Shown one piece after another: positions 9,377 through 18,591 of a DNA stretch of 64,000 bases. Both the position numbers and the translations under genes were made by a program. The DNA comes from an uncultured Bacteroidales bacterium (GTDB lineage: Bacteria; Bacteroidota; Bacteroidia; Bacteroidales; FEN-979). The notes beneath the pieces are model-generated. The model saw only the letters and a list, made by a program, of their open reading frames with translations. It did no database searches and had not been told where the DNA came from. Every line of letters starts with the position of its first letter. Positions within the stretch are counted from its first letter, which is position 1. The stretch is taken from the NCBI GenBank assembly GCA_903828645.1, contig CAIKNA010000071.1:1286-65285 (forward strand), given 5' to 3'.

Positions 9377-10189
9377 TCAGGAAAATAATTTCATTCTGCC
9401 TTTCCGCAATTTGATTTTGAAGGTGCGAAAACCATCGGTGCCCTTGATGTCGATCCTCTTCAGTTCGTAAGGATCGGTGAATGGAAGTGGATTGATCCTG
9501 TTTCCGATCCGCAGGGCAAAATCAACATTGAATTCGCGGAAAAGATCTTTCATCTCACCAAGGAGGATTTTGTTCTTCCTCGGGTAGCCCCCATATGGAT
9601 AGGCAAAAACACGCACAAATTCCAGGTTGTGGAAATCCAGGGTACTTATGCATTTTGAAAGATCGTCGCGCATATCTTCAAGTGTCATCTCTTTGAAGTT
9701 CCTGTGATGAAAAGAGTGCAGTCCAAACTCGACAAGTTTGACCTTTTTGATCTCTTTTAATTCCCGGGCCGACATGATTGCATCATTGCCCTGATCCCAG
9801 AGGTTGGTTCCGCCAATGTGCGCGACCGGGATAAATACCGTTGCCTTGAGGTTGTATTTTTCCAACAGTGGCAGGGCATGGGTGGCAAAACCCTGGTAGG
9901 CGTCGTCGAATGTAATGACCACGGTTTTCGGAGGTAACCGTTGTCCTTTTTTTACCATGTCGGTCAACTCCCCGAAAAACAGGGTTTTGTATCCGCAACT
10001 CCGCAGGTAAAGAAACTGTTCATCCAGCTTCTCCACCGGAATGGTCAGTCCGTCGGCATGATGATCCGACACTTTATGGTACATGAGGATGGGAAGTCCT
10101 TTTTTTGGTGGTACCAGGAAACTGTAGGCCGTCACAAGCCAGGCAAGTAAAATGACGGCAACCAGGGCCAGGATGATAGGGAGAGTCAT
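9377..10189 (-). CDS. polysaccharide deacetylase (NodB homology) with N-terminal membrane anchor
   Basis: VVITFDDAY motif and downstream His-containing motifs. ATGA overlap with the upstream GT2 gene. Confidence 0.75.
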   Translation of the reverse strand: MTLPIILALVAVILLAWLVTAYSFLVPPKKGLPILMYHKVSDHHADGLTIPVEKLDEQFLYLRSCGYKTLFFGELTDMVKKGQRLPPKTVVITFDDAYQGFATHALPLLEKYNLKATVFIPVAHIGGTNLWDQGNDAIMSARELKEIKKVKLVEFGLHSFHHRNFKEMTLEDMRDDLSKCISTLDFHNLEFVRVFAYPYGGYPRKNKILLGEMKDLFREFNVDFALRIGNRINPLPFTDPYELKRIDIKGTDGFRTFKIKLRKGRMKLFS

Positions 10190-10941
10190 GATCGGGTTGT
10201 CATTTCAATGGTTTTGGCAATTTTGATCGTGGAGTTGAATGCGGCGATGAACGACCACATGAACCCCGGATAACCATCAAGGAACCCACCTTTGATGAAA
10301 AAATAGATCAGGAAAGTAACCGGGAATTTGATCACGACCCACAGTTTGTGATAACGCTTCCCGTTTTGCAAGTTTTGCCGGGCGCCAAGCGTGGTATAAT
10401 TGTTCGATTTGTCAAATTGATTTTGAAGGTCGCTGTAAGAATAATGAATGATCCTGCCTTTCAGCCTGCCGGCGCGGCCTTTCAGGGTGAACTTCTCATG
10501 AACCTCGGTAGGATCAAATGCCCCGGATTTCCTGTTAAAAAGCCTGGGTTTATATTCGTTTCCAACCCCGGTATGATGCATGATCTTCCCCAGGTAAAAC
10601 AGGAAGAATGGAATTTCATACCCGCAAAATGGGATCGTTTCCTGTTGAAGCAGGGCAGCTATTTCATTTTTCAGCCCTTCTGTAACCACCTCGTCAGCAT
10701 CCAGCACCAGGATCCAGTCGTTCTTAGCTTCGTTGACCGCAAACTGTTTCTGATCTGCAAATCCCCTGAACTCCCTGCGTATGACCCGGCATCCGTGGGA
10801 TTCGCAAATCTCCGCTGTTTTGTCAGTCGAAAACGAATCAACAACAAGGATCTCGCCTGCAAGGCCCCCGACGGCTTCCAGGCACCTGCCAATGTTCCGT
10901 TCTTCCTGGTAGGTAATGATGGTTATGGTTAATCCTGTCAT
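10186..10941 (-). CDS. glycosyltransferase family 2
   Basis: LTITIITYQEERNI and VVDSFSTDKT, LDADE motifs. The ATG at the complement of 10939-10941 is preferred over the TTG track start. Confidence 0.75.
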   Translation of the reverse strand: MTGLTITIITYQEERNIGRCLEAVGGLAGEILVVDSFSTDKTAEICESHGCRVIRREFRGFADQKQFAVNEAKNDWILVLDADEVVTEGLKNEIAALLQQETIPFCGYEIPFFLFYLGKIMHHTGVGNEYKPRLFNRKSGAFDPTEVHEKFTLKGRAGRLKGRIIHYSYSDLQNQFDKSNNYTTLGARQNLQNGKRYHKLWVVIKFPVTFLIYFFIKGGFLDGYPGFMWSFIAAFNSTIKIAKTIEMTTRS

Positions 10942-10956
10942 GATCGGGCTATTGGA

Positions 10957-10964
10957 CAAAGATA
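10957..10964 (-). promoter_or_regulatory. -7 box candidate TATCTTTG
   Basis: Complement of caaagata, 15 nt upstream of the ATG at 10941. The implied leader would be very short. Confidence 0.35.
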
Positions 10965-11058
10965 AAAAATACCGGGCAATTTTTACCGATCCGTGAAAAC
11001 ATACTTTGAATGTTCGTATTTTTGAAATCCATTATACTGCTTCTAATCATGACAGCCG

Positions 11059-12372
11059 ATGAATAATCAGAACAGGAGGAAGTTGTTCCATCAGAAAATC
11101 TTTTACATCCTGGTGCTGTCGATTGTCTTTTTCATCCCCCTTTTTGGAAGAATTTTACCCACACTGATTTTTTTGCTTTGCCTCAACTGGCTGGCAGAAG
11201 GATCCTGGATTAAAACGATCAGCCTGTTATTCAAAGAACGAAACCGCTCAGGGATGATTTCGTTCTCTGTTTTATATTTGCTTTATATCCTGGGATTGAG
11301 TTATTCAACCAACATGGATTACGGTCTTTTTGACCTCGAAGTGAAGTTCTCCTTGTTTCTTTTCCCGCTTATGTTTGCCACGGCTGAACCTTTTTACCTG
11401 CAGAAAGAAACATCGACTGCCATCCTGTTCTTTTTCATTGCCGGGTGTTTTACAGTCACATTGCTCCTTTACGCGCATGCATTGTATGCATTTGCTGCAT
11501 ATCACACGGAAGATGCATTTTATTACACAAAACTTTCATGGTATTTTCATCCGAGTTACCTCGCCATGTACGTCACTTTTGCGATTGCCATCCTGGCTTA
11601 CTGGCTTCTGGAAGCATATCCTGTTTTCAACCGTTATCAGTTACCCGGAATATTGTTGCTCATTGTTCATTTTTTTATTTTTATTGTCTTTCTGAATTCA
11701 AAAGCAGGATTGATCGCGCTGTTCATGGTGATATTCATTTACGCATTGTTATTTGTAATTGTAAAGCGCACCTGGATTTACGGAGCAGTGACCATCGTAG
11801 CTGCCGGTTTATTGTTCTTAGGTTGTTTAACCTTGTTTCCCAATGTTGTGGAACGTGTCAGGCAGTCGGGGAGCGATATTCACGCAATGGATTCAGCGGG
11901 GAAGGATCCCAGGAGCACCGCTGAAAGAATCGCCATATGGAAATGCTCTATGGAAATAATCAGCAAACATGTGATTTTCGGGGTGGGAACCGGTGATGTC
12001 AAAGACGCCCTGATGGAGAGTTACAAAGAGCATCAGGACGTCAAGATCCTGAGTCAGAAACTGAATGCCCATAACCAGTATTTACAGACCTTTATTTCGC
12101 TCGGTATTTTCGGTTTGATCCTCCTGCTATATATGCTCTTTTTCCCTGCCATCCGGGCATTCAGGCAAAAGGATTTCTTGTTCATGATCTTCCTGGCTAT
12201 ATTCGCCGTGAACATCATGGTGGAATCGATGCTCGAAAACCAGGCTGGCGTTATATTCTACGCATTGTTCAATGCATTGCTCTTCACATTTAACCCACCG
12301 GATCCTTCCGTAACAGCCCTTGATATCCTGGCCCGGCCGACCCGGAATTTTGTTAGGAAAATCAGTAACTAA
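11059..12372 (+). CDS. O-antigen ligase / polymerase family (Wzy_C domain) membrane protein
   Basis: Polytopic membrane protein with a periplasmic loop ending in the AHNQYLQTFISLGIFG motif typical of Wzy_C. Confidence 0.7.
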   Translation: MNNQNRRKLFHQKIFYILVLSIVFFIPLFGRILPTLIFLLCLNWLAEGSWIKTISLLFKERNRSGMISFSVLYLLYILGLSYSTNMDYGLFDLEVKFSLFLFPLMFATAEPFYLQKETSTAILFFFIAGCFTVTLLLYAHALYAFAAYHTEDAFYYTKLSWYFHPSYLAMYVTFAIAILAYWLLEAYPVFNRYQLPGILLLIVHFFIFIVFLNSKAGLIALFMVIFIYALLFVIVKRTWIYGAVTIVAAGLLFLGCLTLFPNVVERVRQSGSDIHAMDSAGKDPRSTAERIAIWKCSMEIISKHVIFGVGTGDVKDALMESYKEHQDVKILSQKLNAHNQYLQTFISLGIFGLILLLYMLFFPAIRAFRQKDFLFMIFLAIFAVNIMVESMLENQAGVIFYALFNALLFTFNPPDPSVTALDILARPTRNFVRKISN

Positions 12373-13934
12373 TCTCTCCTTGTTTTATAGAATTCCCTGT
12401 TCCGGTAAATATAGATGTTGTTGGCCTTGTTCACCTTGTTCAGCCGGTGCATGAGTTTGTCAACAAATGCCGGTTCAATAGTGGTTTCATAAACCAGCAA
12501 TGGAAAGTTCTTTCTGACAAGGATAACTCTATTCTGGAGGTTTTTATCTCCTGAAAAGAGGATAAACTGGGGATGATAAAACTTCGGTTGTGCCGCGATG
12601 GACGCGACAAGTTGATAAACAGTGGTATCCGGGGGATGTATTTCGGGATAGCTGGGCCATTTCCCGGTGTAGAACAAGGGAGGCATGGGTACCTCTCCTT
12701 TCTCATCTTCAATAATGAGGTTTTTCACATAGGGGTATTTTGAAAGATAGTACATCGATTCTACCTGTGCACGTTTGGAATACATGAAGGTGAGGCCCGC
12801 CAGCAGCAGCAGGTTCACCACCCAGAAAAACATCCAGCATGAACGTAACAATTTTTGATGCCGTGTCCAGAATCCCGACGGGGCTATATATTGATAATAG
12901 CCCATCACGCCGACCATGATGAAAAACGGGATAAACGGCAGGATAAATCGTTCCTGCTTGTTTGGAAAATAAGAATGAAAGGCGAAAAACAGGGCTGCCG
13001 GGAAAAAGAGCAGCCAGTAACGTTTCCATCCGCGGATGAAGCCATAGAAAAGGAACAGGCTAAGAGGGGGAATCATGATCCCGCCCACGGTAAGGAAATA
13101 GTTGTACCAGGGCAAATTAAAATAGGAGTTCCGGTCGGTGATGTTTACCTTGATATACCCCATGAATTCCGCAAAGGGATATCCCCAGATAATCAGGTCG
13201 ATCATGGTCTGGACCAGGAGAAACGAGCATATGACGCCTGCAACGATACCCGCCATCTCTTTCCATTTAAACCGAAAAAGCATCACTATGAAGACCCCTG
13301 CAGGGAACAACACCGCCTGGTACCTGAAATCAGTTGCCAGTCCGAAAAAAAGGCCTGCCATGAACCAGGTCCGAAAAATACCGGAGGTATTCCTGGCCTT
13401 GACTATTTGCCAGAAGCCCATCATCAGGAAAGGGATGCATATCACCTCGACAAGGTTTCTCACACCGGCCCAGGGCATGAAGAAACAGAGGGCCAGCAGG
13501 CTTCCTGCCAGCGTTGCAGATCTCTTGTCAGAGAGCGTCTCCACGATGCGATACCCGTACCAGACGGTCAAAAGTGAGAAGGCCCCAAGCGAAAATCTCA
13601 GGATGAGCATTTTGACCTGAGGGTCGTAAATGTGCATCCATTTCATCAGGGTAAACAGCAGGAAATTAATTCCGGGGTAGAAAAAGTTGTGACCACTGGG
13701 ACCAAAGTTATCTTTGCTTCCCGGGAGCCATGAATCATAGTCATAACCATATACCCAGGATTGGGGTGCTTCAATCACCAGGAAATGATCATCCATCATG
13801 CCATAGCCCTTTGCGAAAATTGCAGCCAGCAACCGCAACAGCACGGCCATCGCCATGATGACCACCAACGGCTGATCCTCCCATGATTTTTTAAGATTGC
13901 AGTATATCCGGCTTGTGTTGAAAGGGTGGATCAT
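12369..13934 (-). CDS. large GT-C-fold membrane glycosyltransferase (ArnT/PMT/GT22-like)
   Basis: 521 aa with many TM segments. It has an N-terminal acidic loop (MMDDHF) and a soluble C-terminal domain. The family assignment is approximate. Confidence 0.6.
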   Translation of the reverse strand: MIHPFNTSRIYCNLKKSWEDQPLVVIMAMAVLLRLLAAIFAKGYGMMDDHFLVIEAPQSWVYGYDYDSWLPGSKDNFGPSGHNFFYPGINFLLFTLMKWMHIYDPQVKMLILRFSLGAFSLLTVWYGYRIVETLSDKRSATLAGSLLALCFFMPWAGVRNLVEVICIPFLMMGFWQIVKARNTSGIFRTWFMAGLFFGLATDFRYQAVLFPAGVFIVMLFRFKWKEMAGIVAGVICSFLLVQTMIDLIIWGYPFAEFMGYIKVNITDRNSYFNLPWYNYFLTVGGIMIPPLSLFLFYGFIRGWKRYWLLFFPAALFFAFHSYFPNKQERFILPFIPFFIMVGVMGYYQYIAPSGFWTRHQKLLRSCWMFFWVVNLLLLAGLTFMYSKRAQVESMYYLSKYPYVKNLIIEDEKGEVPMPPLFYTGKWPSYPEIHPPDTTVYQLVASIAAQPKFYHPQFILFSGDKNLQNRVILVRKNFPLLVYETTIEPAFVDKLMHRLNKVNKANNIYIYRNREFYKTRRD

Positions 13935-13965
13935 CGTCTGAATAAAGTAAAAGGTAGGGAGATTA

Positions 13966-15318
13966 TTACAGGTTTGCGATAATCCCAGTGTAACTCTCAG
14001 GGGTGATGGCTTTTAATTCGTCTTTCACTTTTTTAGGAATTTTTAACCCGTCGATAAATTTTCCCAACGTTGCCCGGGTAATTCCTTCCCGGCCGCGGGT
14101 GAGTGTTTTCAATGCTTCATAGGGGTTGGGATAATTTTCACGGCGAAGGATGGTCTGGATTGCTTCAGAAACCACCGCCCAATTTTCATCTAGATCTTTT
14201 TTTAACCTGGATTCATTTAGGATCAGCCTGTTCATTCCTTTTAACAGCGATTTATATGCGATCAGCGAATGAGCCATCGGGACACCCATGTTCCGGATAA
14301 CGGTAGAGTCGGTGAGATCCCGCTGAAGGCGCGAGACCGGTAGTTTTGCCGACAAATGTTCGAAAATCGCATTGGCCATGCCAAGGTTTCCTTCTGAATT
14401 TTCAAAATCGATGGGGTTTACCTTGTGCGGCATGGTTGAGGAGCCGGTTTCCGTTGCTTTGACCTTTTGCTTGAAATAATCCATGGAGATATAGGTCCAG
14501 ATATCGCGGTCGAGATCGATCAGGATGGTATTGATGCGTTTCAGGTTGTCGAAAAATGCCGCAAGGTTATCGTAGTGTTCAATTTGCGTGGTGGTCTGGC
14601 AGCGCTCCAGGCCAAGGGTTCCATTGATGAATTTATTTGCGAATTTCACCCAGTCGATGCCCGGATATGCAGCATGATGCGCATTGAAATTCCCGGTAGC
14701 CCCGCCGAATTTTGCAGAAACGGGGATTGTTTCCAGCAGTGCCAGTTGCATCCCAAGCCGCTCCGCGAATACATAAAGTTCTTTGCCGACAGTTGTGGGT
14801 GAAGCAGGCTGGCCATGGGTGCGTGCAAGCATGGGTATGTGGTTCCATTCCCGCGACCGTTCCAGCAAGTCATTATAAATCGTTTCGAGCGCAGGCTCCA
14901 GGATGTCGCGCCAGGCATCGCGCATGGCCAGCGGAAAAGCAGTATTGTTGATGTCCTGCGAGGTAAGCCCGAAATGGATGAACTCCCTGAATTCACCCAG
15001 TCCCAGAACGTCGAACTGTTCTTTCAGGAAATATTCGATGGCCTTCACGTCGTGGTTGGTCTCCTTTTCTATCTCCTTCACCCTCTGTGCATCATCCGGT
15101 TCAAATTTTTCATAGATATGCCTCAGCCGGGGAAACATTTTTTTATCAAAACCCTTCAACCGGGGCAGTGGAATGCGGCATAATGCAATGAAATACTCCA
15201 CCTCGGCAAGTACGCGGTAACGGATAATTGCCCCCTCGGAGAAATAAGCAGCCAGTGGCTCGGTGATTTTACGATACCTGCCATCAACAGGGGAAATGGC
15301 ATTCAACATGGAATCCAT
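13966..15318 (-). CDS. purB: adenylosuccinate lyase
   Basis: ISPVDGRY N-terminus and the fumarate-lyase signature SSTMPHKVNP. Confidence 0.9.
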   Translation of the reverse strand: MDSMLNAISPVDGRYRKITEPLAAYFSEGAIIRYRVLAEVEYFIALCRIPLPRLKGFDKKMFPRLRHIYEKFEPDDAQRVKEIEKETNHDVKAIEYFLKEQFDVLGLGEFREFIHFGLTSQDINNTAFPLAMRDAWRDILEPALETIYNDLLERSREWNHIPMLARTHGQPASPTTVGKELYVFAERLGMQLALLETIPVSAKFGGATGNFNAHHAAYPGIDWVKFANKFINGTLGLERCQTTTQIEHYDNLAAFFDNLKRINTILIDLDRDIWTYISMDYFKQKVKATETGSSTMPHKVNPIDFENSEGNLGMANAIFEHLSAKLPVSRLQRDLTDSTVIRNMGVPMAHSLIAYKSLLKGMNRLILNESRLKKDLDENWAVVSEAIQTILRRENYPNPYEALKTLTRGREGITRATLGKFIDGLKIPKKVKDELKAITPESYTGIIANL

Positions 15319-15327
15319 AACTACTTG

Positions 15328-15376
15328 AAAATTAAAAATTAAAAATTACTTTACTTCACGTGTCACGTTTTCACTT
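15328..15376. repeat. composite heptad array (AAAATTA)x3 + CTTTACT + (TCACGTN)x2-3
   Basis: Read directly from the sequence. It fills the 52-nt spacer between the hydrolase stop (15371-15373, inside a TCAC unit) and the purB start (15318). Confidence 0.85.
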
Positions 15377-16813
15377 CCCCACATTATTCTCCAGCCATTT
15401 TCCGATCAGTTCAAGTGCTGCCGGTGAGATGGTCTCTTCGATCTTAGCATATTCTGACGGACTCCCCGTGGTGGCTGTCTGGAAAAGGTGGTTCAGTCCG
15501 GGAAGTTCTTCAATCACATAGGAGGAATTTCCACCAAAGATCAGTGCTTTTTCAATGGCCTGGAGATTTTCTTTCGGGGGCACCTGTAAATCGAGGCTCC
15601 CACCGATGGCCAGGACCGGGCAGCTCACCTTTGACAGGTAAGATTCCGGGTTGAGGGTAAGAAAGCAACGGAACCAGGGGGAGGTAAGGCTTTCGATCTG
15701 TGCGTTGATCTCCTCTTTCGACATCGCGTGGTAACTGGTATCCTTTGCATTTTTTTTGTTAAAAGCATTGATCATGATCCTGAGTTTCTCAGCCGCTTTC
15801 ACGTTGTCTTTGTTCTTTTTCAGAACCATGTACATATCCTTGCTTATTTTCTCATTTGCTTTGATGCTCCTGGCATCAGCACCTTCTGTTTTCGAGATCA
15901 GGGCTGACTGCAAGAGCAGAATTTGTTCACCAGTAAGGCCCGGTCCGGCCATCAGCACGATAAAAGCCACGTCGATGCGGCGGGATGCAATTATCGGGGC
16001 AATAAGCCCACCTTCGCTATGGCCGATAAAACCAATTTTTGCCGAGTCGATTTCCGGGAGTTTCTTCACATATTTAAATGCAGCTTCCGCATCATTCGCA
16101 AAATCAAACGAGGTGGCGGTTTTAAAATCTCCTTTCGACTTCCCCACCCCCCGGTCATCATAGCGCAACACGGCAAACCCATGGCGGGTGAGGTAATCGG
16201 CCAGGACCAGAAACGGCTTATGCCCAAGCAGTTCTTCATCCCGGTTCTGGGGTCCCGAACCGGTGATGAGAATGGCAACCGGGTATCGTCCCTCTTGTTG
16301 TGGCATGGTCAGTGTCCCGGCCAACTCAATGCCAACTGCAGTACCCGGAAAAGTGACCTCCTGAGTACGATAGGGGAAAGGCGGCTTCGGCTCCTGCGGA
16401 CGGTTCAACGAGGTTTTTTTTCCCTCCCTTACCATGGTAAGCGGGAACGACATTCCACCCTGGTGCCACGATCCGGCGATGGAATTGACCGCCTTGTTGA
16501 TTTTACCCGTGAAATTGCCCCCGATTGCTTTTGCTGAAACGAACAGGGAGTCCTCCACCAGGACCACTTTGCTGGTAGGAAGGTCAAGCACTCCCTGGTC
16601 GGGACTGTCGAAGGTGACAACCATGCTGTCGGCTTCATTGACGGAGATGTTCATGTCGAGGCGGAGCTCTTTGTTTTGAACCTTCAGTTTCCCCGACCAG
16701 GTTCCCTTAAGCTTTTTCATCAAAGAGCCATCCTGGGCATGATTTGCGAACGGCATTAGCAGTGCCATGGCAAGGATCAATAATAACCGGGCTGTCTTAT
16801 GCGTTTTTTTCAT
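15371..16813 (-). CDS. secreted alpha/beta hydrolase with an extra N-terminal domain
   Basis: Signal peptide MKKTHKTARLLLILAMALL and nucleophile elbow GHSEGG. The start was moved from 16924 to the MKKTH ATG. Confidence 0.7.
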   Translation of the reverse strand: MKKTHKTARLLLILAMALLMPFANHAQDGSLMKKLKGTWSGKLKVQNKELRLDMNISVNEADSMVVTFDSPDQGVLDLPTSKVVLVEDSLFVSAKAIGGNFTGKINKAVNSIAGSWHQGGMSFPLTMVREGKKTSLNRPQEPKPPFPYRTQEVTFPGTAVGIELAGTLTMPQQEGRYPVAILITGSGPQNRDEELLGHKPFLVLADYLTRHGFAVLRYDDRGVGKSKGDFKTATSFDFANDAEAAFKYVKKLPEIDSAKIGFIGHSEGGLIAPIIASRRIDVAFIVLMAGPGLTGEQILLLQSALISKTEGADARSIKANEKISKDMYMVLKKNKDNVKAAEKLRIMINAFNKKNAKDTSYHAMSKEEINAQIESLTSPWFRCFLTLNPESYLSKVSCPVLAIGGSLDLQVPPKENLQAIEKALIFGGNSSYVIEELPGLNHLFQTATTGSPSEYAKIEETISPAALELIGKWLENNVGK

Positions 16814-17020
16814 AGAAGATTTATGTATTAGGCGATTTCTGCTTTTAGGTTTAAACCTTTTTGTTGAAGTCTCAGGTAACAAACAGACAAAGTAACAAAG
16901 AAAATAGGAAAAAATGATGCTCATCCCTGTAGAAAGGCGAAAAGAAAAACTTTTCTGCCCTAAAATAATTTTGTATCATTTTTTACTTATTTTTGATAAC
17001 CGCAGGAAGGGAATAATTAC

Positions 17021-17069
17021 AAAATGCAAAATGCAAAATGCAAAATGCAAAATGCAAATTCAAAATTCA
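17021..17069. repeat. tandem heptad array (AAAATGC)x5 + (AAATTCA)x2
   Basis: Exact 7-nt register from 17021. It ends 28 nt before the ATG of the MetY-like gene (17097). Confidence 0.95.
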
Positions 17070-17096
17070 AAAGGTAGGATCAGGATGTAAAACACA

Positions 17097-18587
17097 ATGG
17101 ATATGGATGAGAGCGGAATGAATCGCTATTTTGAGGCTGCAGCACGTGCAGATCAGTGGCACAGGGAGTATAGGGAGCAGATGAAACAATGCCGGTTTGA
17201 TACCATTGCCACGCATGGCATCTATTCCATGCAGGAGGCGCTCGATTTCAACCAGGGGGCCATCATCGAACCGGTTTACATGTCAACTTCACAGGCCTTC
17301 CGCGATTCGGATGAAATGGAAGCCGCCCTGGGCTACAAGATACCTACATGGTGCTACTCGCGCATTGCCAACCCGACCATTTATTACCTGGAGGGAGTGC
17401 TTGCCTTGCTGGAAGGCTATGGGTCGGAAGTTGAAACATCCTGCATAGCAACCTCATCCGGTATGTCGGCCATTCAAAGTGCCGTTGACGCTTTCCTGGT
17501 GATTGATCCGAAAAACCCCGGCGCACCGATGAATTTTGTCGCCACCACCCAGGTTTACGGGGGAACCTACCAGCAGTTTTCCATGCGGAAAGACCTTGAA
17601 CATGGCATCGAATGGCGTAAGGTTGTTCACTCAACCGACCTTTCGGAATGGGAATCGCTGATCGATGAAAATACCCGGTTTCTTTACGGGGAGATGCCCA
17701 GCAACCCATGTTTATCCTTTTTCGATCTTGCAAGGGTTGCCGCACTGGCTCATAAATATGGCATTCCCCTCATCATCGATTCAACGGTGGCCACACCTGC
17801 GCTGCTGAGACCTATCCAACATGGTGCAGACATCGTCATCCAATCGGTTACAAAATCACTGGCGACCAGCGGGTTTGGAATTTCTGGGGCGGTAATCTCC
17901 CGCAGGAACCTCGTTTCGAAAATTGACAACCCCGAAATGAAGGCCGATTTCGCCAATTATCTCAAATTGTTGCCCAACCGTGACAACGGCCCGAATATCT
18001 CGCCCATGAATGCCGTGCTGGCGCTGAACGACATAAGGACTATCCGCATGCGCATGGACCACATGAGCAGAAGCACCATGAAAGTTGCACAATTCCTCTC
18101 ACAGCATAAAAATGTCGAAAGGGTCGAATACCTCGGATTGAGCAACCACCCGCTGCATGACCTTGCCTCTGAATATTTATACCTGGTTGATGCTGAATAT
18201 GATGAGCAGTATGGCGCACCGGTGAACCGGTACGGCCACCTGATGTCGTTCCTTGTCAGGGGAGATGCCGGGCAAACCCGAGATGTGTTTGATGCATTCA
18301 CCCGGATCTGGAGAGCAACCGACCTTGGCAGGATCAAATCCGTTGCGACCATCCCGGCCATCTCCACCCATTCGCAACAAGGGGAGGAAGGCCGCAAACT
18401 TGCAGGAATCCCCTCAAACCTGATCCGGCTTTGTATTGGTGTCGAACATCCCGACGATATTATCAAAGACCTCGACCAGGCTTTATCTGTGTTGGATGGT
18501 AAAAAACTGAAGGTGACATCACCCGAATTTTCGGCAGGAGGTTCCTCTTCGGCCAGGATGGGAATTAATCAGATGCTGAAATATTGA
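17097..18587 (+). CDS. Cys/Met-metabolism PLP-dependent enzyme, long divergent MetY/O-acetylhomoserine-sulfhydrylase-like form
   Basis: YSRIANPT, VYGGTY and DSTVATPALLRP motifs, plus the PLP-lysine region SVTKSLATSGFG. At 496 aa it is longer than typical family members. Confidence 0.7.
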   Translation: MDMDESGMNRYFEAAARADQWHREYREQMKQCRFDTIATHGIYSMQEALDFNQGAIIEPVYMSTSQAFRDSDEMEAALGYKIPTWCYSRIANPTIYYLEGVLALLEGYGSEVETSCIATSSGMSAIQSAVDAFLVIDPKNPGAPMNFVATTQVYGGTYQQFSMRKDLEHGIEWRKVVHSTDLSEWESLIDENTRFLYGEMPSNPCLSFFDLARVAALAHKYGIPLIIDSTVATPALLRPIQHGADIVIQSVTKSLATSGFGISGAVISRRNLVSKIDNPEMKADFANYLKLLPNRDNGPNISPMNAVLALNDIRTIRMRMDHMSRSTMKVAQFLSQHKNVERVEYLGLSNHPLHDLASEYLYLVDAEYDEQYGAPVNRYGHLMSFLVRGDAGQTRDVFDAFTRIWRATDLGRIKSVATIPAISTHSQQGEEGRKLAGIPSNLIRLCIGVEHPDDIIKDLDQALSVLDGKKLKVTSPEFSAGGSSSARMGINQMLKY

Positions 18588-18591
18588 TCAC

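Noticed and set aside
16814-17096. SAM riboswitch or other leader element upstream of the MetY-like gene, and likewise at 20617-20744.
   Set aside because: No SAM-I or SAM-II-like conserved cores or convincing nested helices were seen by eye. The region is dominated by the heptad array. A covariance-model scan would be needed for certainty.
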